NCBI GenBank assembly: GCA_040879385.1
Contig: JBBDKM010000096.1
Span: forward strand, 62,751 to 126,750
Source of the DNA: Thermoanaerobaculia bacterium
Lineage (GTDB): Bacteria; Acidobacteriota; Thermoanaerobaculia; UBA5066; Gp7-AA6
DNA length: 64,000 nt
Direction: 5' to 3'
The notes under the pieces are model-generated. The model searched no databases. It saw only the letters and a list, made by a program, of their open reading frames with translations, and was not told where the DNA came from. The position numbers and the translations under genes were made by a program. Positions within the stretch are counted from its first letter, which is position 1. The number at the start of each line of letters is the position of its first letter. Below are positions 46,468-54,088 of the stretch, in pieces.

Positions 46468-47435
46468 GACCGTTCGCCCTGGTCCACGCGCGCACACTCG
46501 AGGAGGCGGCCCGCGAATCGGCGCGGCCGGACGCCGCGTTGAAGGCGGGAGGCGTCGACCTCCTCGACCGCATGAAGGAGGGTCTCGACAGCCCGAAGAC
46601 GGTCGTGTCGATCGCGGGCATCGCGGGCCACGACCGGATCGAAACCGGGCCCCCGGGGCGGATCGGGGCCCTCGCGACGCTGGCGAAGATCGCGGAGCAT
46701 CCCGGCCTGCGGAAGATCTATCCGGCGCTGGCGCAGGCGGCCGCCGGCGCGGCCACGCCCCAGATCCGCAACATGGCGACCCTCGGCGGCAACCTCGCCC
46801 AGCGCCCCCGCTGCTGGTACTACCGGCTCGAGGAGTTCGACTGCCGCAAGAAAGGCGGCCAGGACTGCTTCGCGCTGGAGGGCGAGAACCGCTTCCACGC
46901 CATCTTCGACACGGACCTGCTCTGCTGCTCTGTGCACCCCTCGGCCACGGGGACGGCGCTGCTCGCCTACGGCGCGCAGCTCGAGACGGTCTCCCCGAAA
47001 GGGAAGCGCCGGCTTCCGATCGAGGATTTCTTCTACCGTCCCACCGACGACGCGACGCGGGAAAACATCCTGGCGGGGGGCGAGATCATCGCCTCCGTGA
47101 CGCTCCCCGTTCCCGCGGCCGGCGCGCGTTCCGTCTACCGGAAGCTCAAGGAGAAGGAGTCGTTCGACTGGCCGATCGTCGAGACCTGCGTCACCCTCAC
47201 GCTCTCCGGCGGAGTCATCGGCAACCCCCGCGTCGTGCTCGGATCGGTCGCCCCGACACCGCATCGGTGCGTGGAGGCCGAGAAAGTGCTCGCCGGCGCC
47301 CGTCCCTCGGAGGAGCTCGTCCGCCGGGCGGCCGAAGCGGCGGTCCAGGGGGCTAAGCCGCTCGGCCAGAACGCCTTCAAGGTCCGGCTCGCGCGCGTGG
47401 AGCTCGAGCGGGCGCTGCGGGAGGCCTTCGCCTGA
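46464..47435 (+). CDS. FAD-binding subunit of a xanthine-dehydrogenase-family oxidoreductase (PaoB-like)
   Basis: ATGA overlap with the large subunit. AGGVDLLDRMKEG and ATLGGNLAQRPRCWYYR (a PaoB-like 4Fe-4S Cys context) are present. Confidence 0.88.
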   Translation: MRPFALVHARTLEEAARESARPDAALKAGGVDLLDRMKEGLDSPKTVVSIAGIAGHDRIETGPPGRIGALATLAKIAEHPGLRKIYPALAQAAAGAATPQIRNMATLGGNLAQRPRCWYYRLEEFDCRKKGGQDCFALEGENRFHAIFDTDLLCCSVHPSATGTALLAYGAQLETVSPKGKRRLPIEDFFYRPTDDATRENILAGGEIIASVTLPVPAAGARSVYRKLKEKESFDWPIVETCVTLTLSGGVIGNPRVVLGSVAPTPHRCVEAEKVLAGARPSEELVRRAAEAAVQGAKPLGQNAFKVRLARVELERALREAFA

Positions 47436-47455
47436 GCGACGATCCCCTGGCCCCC

Positions 47456-47716
47456 ATGCGGCGCTTCGCCCGGCCGTCCTCCGACGCGACGCGCGAGGCC
47501 GACCCGTTCCTCTGCCGCCACCTACGCACGAAAACCTGGCTCTCGCCGGACACTTTCGGAGAGGGCGACCCGACCCGCTCGCCCTCGACGGCGCAGTACT
47601 GGTGCCTGAAGACGATGCGGCCGAGCGGGCCGGACGGCGACCTCGCGATTCCGGAGGAGTGCACGGACGAGCGGATCTGTTTCGAGGCGACGGTGGCGCG
47701 GGGGAACGACTCGTAG
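47456..47716 (+). CDS. small Cys-containing hypothetical protein
   Basis: 86 aa with four Cys and an AQYWCLKTMRPSGPDGD motif. It is co-directional with, and 20 nt downstream of, the Pao-like operon. Confidence 0.5.
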   Translation: MRRFARPSSDATREADPFLCRHLRTKTWLSPDTFGEGDPTRSPSTAQYWCLKTMRPSGPDGDLAIPEECTDERICFEATVARGNDS

Positions 47717-47719
47717 TTG

Positions 47720-47845
47720 GGGGTCAGGTCTTCATTCTTCGGAATTTCAGCCGCACTGCGACAATGAGGATCCCTATCTCTGAAATTCCGAAGAATGAAG
47801 ACCTGACCCCACGGTTGAAATTCCGAAGAATGAAGACCTGACCCC
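47720..47845. repeat. REP-like cluster: one forward and two inverted copies of a 29-nt unit
   Basis: GGGGTCAGGTCTTCATTCTTCGGAATTTC at 47720-47748, with its exact reverse complement at 47782-47810 and 47817-47845. It shares the 12-nt core GGGGTCAGGTCT with 32040 and 24605. Confidence 0.9.
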
Positions 47846-47846
47846 G

Positions 47847-48431
<585 letters not shown>

Positions 48432-48470
48432 CGGGCCGTCACGGAAAGATCGAAAGCCGGCGCCAGAGCG

Positions 48471-48971
48471 CTACTCCGAGAACAGACGATCGATGTCCTC
48501 GTCCGTGATCTCGGCGAAAGGCGAATCGAAATCGGCCTGGAGCACCAGCTTCTCCTTCTCGGCCTTCTGGGCGATCTCCTCGAAGATCTTCTCCAGTTCC
48601 GCCATCGCCCGCCGCACCCGGAGCCTCACGAGCCCGAGCGAAGTGCGCTCGTCGAAGATCACCACGAGGATGACCCGCTGGGCGACGATCGAGATGTGGA
48701 TGTTGTCCTTCTCGCCTTCGTGGAAGAGGATGGAGAACTCCCGCTCTCCGATCAGGCGCGCGAGGCCGTCGGTGGCGGCCACGTTGCCGGCCGTCAGCGA
48801 GGCGAGCGAAGTCGTGTCGAGCGTCTCCAGGTCACCGACGGCGGCGATCTGCTGGCCGTTCTTGTCGACGAGGAAAACGACGTTCGCGTTCGCGTCAGAC
48901 GCGAGCCGGTTGAGGGATTCCTTGATCCTTCGGAATTCCTCGTCGTAGAGGACGAGGTCAGGCAGCGCCAT
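48471..48971 (-). CDS. mglB: roadblock/LC7-domain protein MglB (MglA GAP)
   Basis: 166 aa with an LC7 pattern (VVFLVDKNGQQIAAVG...), immediately upstream of mglA. Confidence 0.85.
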   Translation of the reverse strand: MALPDLVLYDEEFRRIKESLNRLASDANANVVFLVDKNGQQIAAVGDLETLDTTSLASLTAGNVAATDGLARLIGEREFSILFHEGEKDNIHISIVAQRVILVVIFDERTSLGLVRLRVRRAMAELEKIFEEIAQKAEKEKLVLQADFDSPFAEITDEDIDRLFSE

Positions 48972-49016
48972 CGATAACTGATTCTCCTGTGAGGACTTAT
49001 TCTAACAGTATTCGCG

Positions 49017-49613
49017 TCACAGATCCCGCCGGTTCTCCAGAGACCGCGCCATGGTGACCTCGTCCGCGTACTCGATGTCCCCCCCCACGGGCAGACCGAA
49101 GGCGATCCGGGTGACGCGCACTCCGGAGGGCTTGAGCCTGCGGGCGAGGTAGAGCGCGGTTGCTTCCCCCTCCACGTTCGGGTTGGTCGCGATGACGACC
49201 TCGCGGACCTCCGGAGTAACGCGAGACACCAGGCCCGCCACGTCGATCTGGTCCGGACCGATGCCGCGCAAAGGCGACAGCGCGCCCCAGAGCACGTGGT
49301 ACCGGCCCCGGAACTCGCGCGTCCTCTCGATCGCCGCGAGGTTGCCCGGCTCCTCCACGACGCACAACAGACCGGGATCGCGCTCGGGGTCGGAGCAAAT
49401 GTCGCAGGGATCCTCTTCGGTCAGCGTGTTGCAGATCGAGCACCGGCTCACGGCAGCCCGCGAATCCACGATCGCGCGCGCCAGCCGCTCTGCGTCGTCG
49501 TCGGGCGAGCGGAGCAGGTAGTACGCCAGCCGCGCGGCGCTCTTGGCTCCGATGCCCGGGAGCCGCTGGAACTCCGCGGCGAGGCGTTCGAGCGATTTGG
49601 GGGTTCCCGGCAT
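49017..49613 (-). CDS. recR: recombination protein RecR
   Basis: LPGIGAKSAARLAYYLL helix-hairpin-helix, a C4 zinc finger (CSICNTLTEEDPCDIC) and a Toprim domain. Confidence 0.95.
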   Translation of the reverse strand: MPGTPKSLERLAAEFQRLPGIGAKSAARLAYYLLRSPDDDAERLARAIVDSRAAVSRCSICNTLTEEDPCDICSDPERDPGLLCVVEEPGNLAAIERTREFRGRYHVLWGALSPLRGIGPDQIDVAGLVSRVTPEVREVVIATNPNVEGEATALYLARRLKPSGVRVTRIAFGLPVGGDIEYADEVTMARSLENRRDL

Positions 49614-49620
49614 CCGGGCG

Positions 49621-49917
49621 CTAGCGCATTCCCGGCAGCATTCCGCCGAGGAGCGAGGACGTCTTCTTCTGCACGGCTTCGTCGACCCGGCGGGAGGCCT
49701 CGCGCGAGGCGGCGAGGATCAAGTCCTGCAGCGTCTCGACGTCCTCGGGGTCGACGGCGGCCTTCTCGATGTGGACAGCGAGAATCTCCTTCTTGCCCGA
49801 CATCTCGATCTTCACCATCCCGCCCCCGGCGGTGGCCTCGATCTTCATCGCCGCAAGCTCCAGCTCCATCTTCGACTGCATCGCCTGGGCCTGCTGCATC
49901 ATCTTCTGGATGTTCAT
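49621..49917 (-). CDS. ybaB: nucleoid-associated protein YbaB/EbfC
   Basis: 98 aa, MQQAQAMQSKM...ATAGGGMVKIEMSGKKE, lying between dnaX and recR. Confidence 0.93.
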   Translation of the reverse strand: MNIQKMMQQAQAMQSKMELELAAMKIEATAGGGMVKIEMSGKKEILAVHIEKAAVDPEDVETLQDLILAASREASRRVDEAVQKKTSSLLGGMLPGMR

Positions 49918-49977
49918 GCGTTCCTTGCCGTGGGGCGGCCCTTGCGCCGCGCGCGGGGGGGGGACGTGGCCCCTCCC

Positions 49978-51627
49978 CTACTCTTCCTCTTTGATCTCTG
50001 TCAGCTCTCCGTGAAACAGCTCCATCGCCGAGCGGACCATCGGGTCGGTCTCGGCGCGCGAGCTCGCCCGCTCCCGAGCAATCGTGGAACGCGGCACGTC
50101 GCGCGCGGCCTTGCCCAGATCGCCGTCGGCGGGCGGCCCGGTCTTCAGCACGATGCGCATCGGCCGGCCGAAGGCCTCCCGCGCGACCTCCCCGAGAAGC
50201 TTCTTCGCCGCTTGGTCCTCGAGGGCTTCCTTGGCCGCCGCGCGGTCGATCCCGAACCGCAGCACCAGGTCGTCCCGGTCGACGAAGATCGACTCGGCCA
50301 GGCTGGCCTGCGCCGCCGTCACGCGCCGCCCCGCGTCGAGCAGGTCATGAAAGCGCTCGATCGAATCGCCTCCGGCCGCCGCGGCCTTGCCCGGGGAGGG
50401 CTCCTCGGGCTCGGGTTCGACGGCCACGAGCGACACGATGCGCGGCCCCGCGTCGCTCGGCCGCGGGGGCGGCACGGCAGCCGGCGCGGGCCTCGCGGCG
50501 GCGGCGTTGGCCCCCGCGATCGCTCCCTCGATCTCCCGCAGCCGGGGCAGCTCCGCGAGCTTCAGGATGAGCATCTGGACGACCAGGCCCGGATCGTCCA
50601 CGCGCCGCACCTGCTCTTCCGCCTGGAGGGTCAGGGACACGGCGCGCAGGAGGTTCTCGTAGGGCATCGCCCGCGACATCGCCGAGAGCCGCTCGCGTTC
50701 GCCCTCCGGGCCCTCGGCCGCGGCTCCGGCGGCGGTCAGCAGCAGCCGGCGCAGGAAGGCGACGAACTCCTTGAGGACGTGCCGCGGATCGGCGCCACCT
50801 TCCGTCAGGCGCGTCAGGTGGGAGATCGCGGCGGCGCGATCGCCCTGCGCCACGGCCGAATAGAGCCCCTCGAGCAGCTCCCGATCGACCAGGGCGAGGA
50901 TCTCGGCGCAGTGCGCCTCGTCGACCGTGCCGCCGGCGAGCGTCGAGGCCTGGTCGAGGAGCGAGAGCGCGTCGCGCAGGCTCCCCTCGGCCGCGCCGGC
51001 TAAAACGCGCAACGCCCCCGGCGTGGCCTTGATCTTCTCGGCCTTCGCGACCTTTTCGAGCTGGCCGGCGATCTCCTTGACCGTCAGCGCGCGGAACGCG
51101 AACCGCTGGCAGCGCGAGACGATCGTCGGCGGGATCTTGTGGAGCTCGGTCGAGGCGAGGATGAAGCGGGTGTGCGCCGGGGGCTCCTCGAGCGTCTTCA
51201 ACAGCGCGTTAAAGGCCTCGTTGGTCAGCATGTGGACTTCGTCGATGATGGCGATCCGAAACCGGTCGCGCTGCGGCGCGTAGCGGACGGTCTCGATCAA
51301 CTCACGCGCGTTCTCGATCTTTCGGTTAGAGGCGCCGTCCATCTCGTGGACGTCGAGGGACTCCCCCCGCTCCAGGATCTCGCGGCAGGAGGGGCATTCC
51401 CCGCACGGCCGCACGGTCGGACCCTTGTCGCAGTTCAGGGCCCTCGCGAGCATCCGCGCCGTCGAGGTCTTGCCCACGCCGCGCGGACCGGTCAGCAGGT
51501 AGGCCGAGGCGACGCGGCCCTCCGCGATGGCGTTGGACAGGGTCCGCGCGACGGCCTCCTGGCCGACTAAGTCCTCGAAGATCCGAGGGCGCCACTTGCG
51601 GGGGAGGGAAAGATGCATCGACGGCAT
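49978..51627 (-). CDS. dnaX: DNA polymerase III subunit gamma/tau
   Basis: RKWRPRIFEDLVGQE, GPRGVGKTS Walker A and a CGECPSC zinc module. The real start may be the second ATG (51618), 7 nt after a TAGAAT box. Confidence 0.93.
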   Translation of the reverse strand: MPSMHLSLPRKWRPRIFEDLVGQEAVARTLSNAIAEGRVASAYLLTGPRGVGKTSTARMLARALNCDKGPTVRPCGECPSCREILERGESLDVHEMDGASNRKIENARELIETVRYAPQRDRFRIAIIDEVHMLTNEAFNALLKTLEEPPAHTRFILASTELHKIPPTIVSRCQRFAFRALTVKEIAGQLEKVAKAEKIKATPGALRVLAGAAEGSLRDALSLLDQASTLAGGTVDEAHCAEILALVDRELLEGLYSAVAQGDRAAAISHLTRLTEGGADPRHVLKEFVAFLRRLLLTAAGAAAEGPEGERERLSAMSRAMPYENLLRAVSLTLQAEEQVRRVDDPGLVVQMLILKLAELPRLREIEGAIAGANAAAARPAPAAVPPPRPSDAGPRIVSLVAVEPEPEEPSPGKAAAAGGDSIERFHDLLDAGRRVTAAQASLAESIFVDRDDLVLRFGIDRAAAKEALEDQAAKKLLGEVAREAFGRPMRIVLKTGPPADGDLGKAARDVPRSTIARERASSRAETDPMVRSAMELFHGELTEIKEEE

Positions 51628-51631
51628 TCTA
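51626..51631 (-). promoter_or_regulatory. -10 box TAGAAT at the dnaX 5' end
   Basis: Minus strand reads TAGAAT-gccgtcg-ATG(51618). The box overlaps the first ATG (51627). Confidence 0.4.
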
Positions 51632-51667
51632 AGGCCGCGTCAAAACGGCTGCGGAAAAGCGAGGAAT

Positions 51668-51798
51668 CCGGCGGCCGAAGATGAGCTCAGGTTGACCTGC
51701 GGCGCACGGTGGCGCCTCCTGATCGCTGCTTCCTTCCGGACCTGACGAGGTTCGGAGGCTTCCGTCGCACAGGGCCCGAACTCATCCTCGGCCGCCGG
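51668..51798 (-). ncRNA. ffs: signal recognition particle RNA (small bacterial type)
   Basis: The minus strand contains the invariant domain IV motif GUCAGGUCCGGAAGGAAGCAGC. The termini CCGGCGGCCGAGGAUGAG and CUCAUCUUCGGCCGCCGG pair into the closing helix. The position upstream of dnaX-ybaB-recR is classical synteny. Confidence 0.88.
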
Positions 51799-52024
51799 AA
51801 GAGCATTCTATCGCAGACGAGGCGGGAGTCGGGAGCGGGGGCTTTCGGAGAAGGCCCCAGAGCAGTACGAGGCCGAAGAGGAAACCGGCGGCGAGATCCA
51901 CGCCCCGGAAGCCGCACGCGGGCGGCGCCGGCCAGAGATCCAGGGCCGACCCGATCGAGAAAAGCGCCGCGAATGCCGCCAGCCAGATCGCTCCCGCGAC
52001 GGCCAGCCGCGCCGGCCGGGTCAC
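51782..52024 (-). CDS. possible small two-TM membrane protein coupled to the anti-sigma gene
   Basis: The GTG start overlaps the anti-sigma stop (GTGA), and there are two hydrophobic helices. However, its 3' end overlaps the SRP RNA promoter and 5' end, so it is doubtful. Confidence 0.3.
   Translation of the reverse strand: MTRPARLAVAGAIWLAAFAALFSIGSALDLWPAPPACGFRGVDLAAGFLFGLVLLWGLLRKPPLPTPASSAIECSSGGRG
51805..51810 (-). promoter_or_regulatory. -10 box TAGAAT, 7 nt upstream of the predicted SRP RNA 5' end
   Basis: Minus strand reads TAGAAT-gctcttc-CGGCGGCC... Confidence 0.5.
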
Positions 52025-52275
52025 TCCTTCTCGTCGCACCGTTTGCGCACGAACCGCAGCACGGCCTCCGCGAGGTTCCTCGGAATGTCGCGCGGTTTGA
52101 GCATCTTCAGGCAGCGCCCCGTGGCCCGGTAGCTGGCGAGGAACTGGACGCACGGCGGGCAATGCGAAAGATGCAACTCGAGGTCCCGGCGCTCGGTCTC
52201 CGGCATCGAGCCGTCTTCGTAATCGACGAGGTACTCCAGGATGATGCGCTTGCAGGTGAGCGCGTCGTGCGTCAC
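52021..52275 (-). CDS. zf-HC2 anti-sigma factor (short, cytoplasmic)
   Basis: GTGA overlap with the sigma gene. The H-x3-C-x2-C motif HLSHCPPCVQF is present. 84 aa. Confidence 0.8.
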   Translation of the reverse strand: MTHDALTCKRIILEYLVDYEDGSMPETERRDLELHLSHCPPCVQFLASYRATGRCLKMLKPRDIPRNLAEAVLRFVRKRCDEKE

Positions 52276-52898
52276 GGGGCGGTCCTCCGTTCCCCGTCCC
52301 GGGGCACGCTCGCGATCTCGGTCAGGCGCTCGCGCACGAAGAGCCTCGCGCGGTGGAGGCGCGACTTCAGCGCGGGCATCGAGATCTCGAGCGTCTCCGC
52401 CACGTCGGCTGGTTTCATCTCCTCGACGTCCACCATCCAGATCACGTCCCGATAGGCCGGCGGCAGCTCGCCGATGAAAGCTTCCGCACGCTCCGCGAGC
52501 TCCTTCGCGATCGTCTCGTCCTCGATCCCCTCCACCCACGCGGCGAACTCCGGCGAGGCCTGGTGGCCGTCGCCCTGGAAGCGCGGCAGGTAGTCTTCGA
52601 GAGAGACGGTCCGCGCGGGCTTGCGCCGGCGAGCTCGGCTGTAGGCGGCGTTCAACGCGACGCGGTAGAACCAGGAGAAGAACTTCTTCGACTCGTCGAA
52701 GGTGCCGATCTTGCGGTACAGCGTCAGGAACGCGTCCTGGGTCGCCTCCTCCGCGTCCTCGGCGTTCCGGAGCACGCCGTAGGCGAGGGAGTAGACCCTC
52801 CTGTGGTAACGCTCGACCATCTCTCGAAAAGCCTCCTCCTCGCCGCTTTTGATTCGCCGGACGAGGTCGAGGTCGACGGTGTTCTGATCTTCGGCCAT
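52272..52898 (-). CDS. ECF-type RNA polymerase sigma-70 family factor
   Basis: Region 2 (YHRRVYSLAYGVLRNAEDAEEATQDAFLTLY) and region 4 (PPAYRDVIWMVDVEEMKPADVAETLEISMPALKSRLHRAR) are present. Confidence 0.92.
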   Translation of the reverse strand: MAEDQNTVDLDLVRRIKSGEEEAFREMVERYHRRVYSLAYGVLRNAEDAEEATQDAFLTLYRKIGTFDESKKFFSWFYRVALNAAYSRARRRKPARTVSLEDYLPRFQGDGHQASPEFAAWVEGIEDETIAKELAERAEAFIGELPPAYRDVIWMVDVEEMKPADVAETLEISMPALKSRLHRARLFVRERLTEIASVPRDGERRTAP

Positions 52899-52947
52899 AG
52901 GGATCTACGCGATCAGGAGACTGCTCGGTTCGGGCACGGCACGAGTC

Positions 52948-53038
<91 letters not shown>

Positions 53039-53126
53039 GGGGGCGGGGAATCCTACAACAGGCCCTCCTGCGAAGTGCTCCGATCCTGTAACCCTCGAAT
53101 CGGCGCTACACTGAGACCGGCGCCAG

Positions 53127-53738
53127 ATGACCGAAAGGGCTGACAAAACCGATTTCCCGTTCCTGGCGGGCCATCCCTGCCTCGACTTCCTGAACACTCG
53201 GCCGATGGTCAAGGGGCACGTCGTGGAGCTTCTCGGTGCGTTCGAGGACTTCGTGCGCTGGCTGACCCGATCCGGCCGCCTCGAGCCCCGCGCCGCCGCC
53301 GACGCACTCAAACGGTGGGGCGAGGGGCCTGACGGGACGCGCGTGGCCGAGCGGGCCCGCAGCTTCCGCGAGACACTCCGGCAAATGGTCGACGGGATCG
53401 TGCGGGGCCGCGGTGTTGCGACGGAGGGGATCGCCGCCATCAGCTCGATCCTCGCCGAAAACGAAGGCACTCTGCGTCTCGAAAAGCACGCAAACGGCTT
53501 CCGGACGCGCTTTGCCTCGCGTCCCACGCAGCCGATCGCGCTGCTCGGCACCGTCGCCGAAGCCGCCGCGGATCTTCTGAGCGCCCGCGACCTGCGCATG
53601 ATCCGCCGGTGCGGGAATCCCGACTGCCTCCTCTACTTCTACGACGCGACGCGCAACCACCGCCGCCAGTGGTGCGCCATGGGGACCTGCGGCAACCTGA
53701 TGAAGGTGCGGGCCTTTCGGAAGCGGCACCGCAAGTGA
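53127..53738 (+). CDS. CGNR zinc-finger (ABATE domain) protein
   Basis: N-terminal HPCLDFLNT and C-terminal RRCGNPDCLLYFYDATRNHRRQWCAMGTCGN motifs. Confidence 0.88.
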   Translation: MTERADKTDFPFLAGHPCLDFLNTRPMVKGHVVELLGAFEDFVRWLTRSGRLEPRAAADALKRWGEGPDGTRVAERARSFRETLRQMVDGIVRGRGVATEGIAAISSILAENEGTLRLEKHANGFRTRFASRPTQPIALLGTVAEAAADLLSARDLRMIRRCGNPDCLLYFYDATRNHRRQWCAMGTCGNLMKVRAFRKRHRK

Positions 53739-53796
53739 ACCGGGGGTCAGACCCCTGCGGGGAACCGGGGGTCAGACCCCTCCGGGGTCAGACCCC
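53738..53796. repeat. three copies of the near-palindromic 13-mer GGGGTCAGACCCC (25-nt period for the first two)
   Basis: Copies at 53743-53755, 53768-53780 and 53784-53796. They sit in a convergent junction and overlap the last codons of the DUF971 ORF. Confidence 0.9.
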
Positions 53797-54088
53797 ACTT
53801 TCTCAGGGTCTCGAAGCTGTAGATCCCGTCGTTGTGGCCGTCCGCCCAGTCGATCTGGAGCGCATAGGAGCCGACGAGTCGATGGGCGACGGCCTGGAAG
53901 GCGCGCGGCGTCAGGGGCCGCTCGGGGCCCTTGTAGAGGTTGCCGAGCAGATCCTTCTCGCCGCGGCACATCGCGCACGGGCACTCGCGGCGGAGCTTCT
54001 CGAGCGGGAAGTAGCTTTCGCTCCCGTCGCCCCAGACGACCGCGAGCTCGTTGCCGACCAGCAGGATGTCGCGAGGGACCGCGGTCAC
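53747..54088 (-). CDS. DUF971 (gamma-butyrobetaine hydroxylase-like N-terminal) domain protein
   Basis: LAVVWGDGSESYFPLEKLRRECPCAMCRGE...DGHNDGIYSFETL is the DUF971 pattern. The C-terminal GLTPEGSDPRFPAGV is encoded by the repeat copies. Confidence 0.8.
   Translation of the reverse strand: MTAVPRDILLVGNELAVVWGDGSESYFPLEKLRRECPCAMCRGEKDLLGNLYKGPERPLTPRAFQAVAHRLVGSYALQIDWADGHNDGIYSFETLRKWGLTPEGSDPRFPAGV

Noticed and set aside
44191-47264. 768-aa and 674-aa minus-strand ORFs antisense to the Pao-like operon, and 45126..47435 as one 769-aa ORF.
   Set aside because: They are shadow frames. The true genes are the MoCo subunit (44179..46467) and the FAD subunit, which starts at the internal ATG 46464 with an ATGA overlap.
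47720-47845. CRISPR array hypothesis for the clustered repeats here and at 53738..53796.
   Set aside because: There are only three copies, in mixed orientation and palindromic to each other, with unequal short spacers (33 and 6 nt here). No cas genes are nearby. This fits REP-like elements instead.
48972-49016. Assignment of a single promoter for mglBA in the recR-mglB spacer.
   Set aside because: Two overlapping readings are possible. One is TAGAAT at 48999-49004 with an AGGAG SD leader. The other is GAGAAT at 48981-48986, 9 nt from the ATG. I cannot discriminate between them from sequence alone.
49955-49963. G x9 homopolymer between dnaX and ybaB as a phase-variation site.
   Set aside because: It is intergenic, short relative to the C x18 tract, and lies in a 60-nt spacer with no obvious promoter element whose spacing it would tune.
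49978-51627. Programmed frameshift or transcriptional slippage site in dnaX (tau/gamma).
   Set aside because: No A-rich slippery heptamer or poly-A run is visible in the coding strand of this GC-rich gene.
52906-52931. ECF-type autoregulatory promoter (GAACC ... GCGTA) upstream of the sigma factor gene.
   Set aside because: The spacing between the AAC and CGT elements is about 18 nt by my count, longer than the usual 16-17 nt. There is only one weak match, so the evidence is too thin to call.
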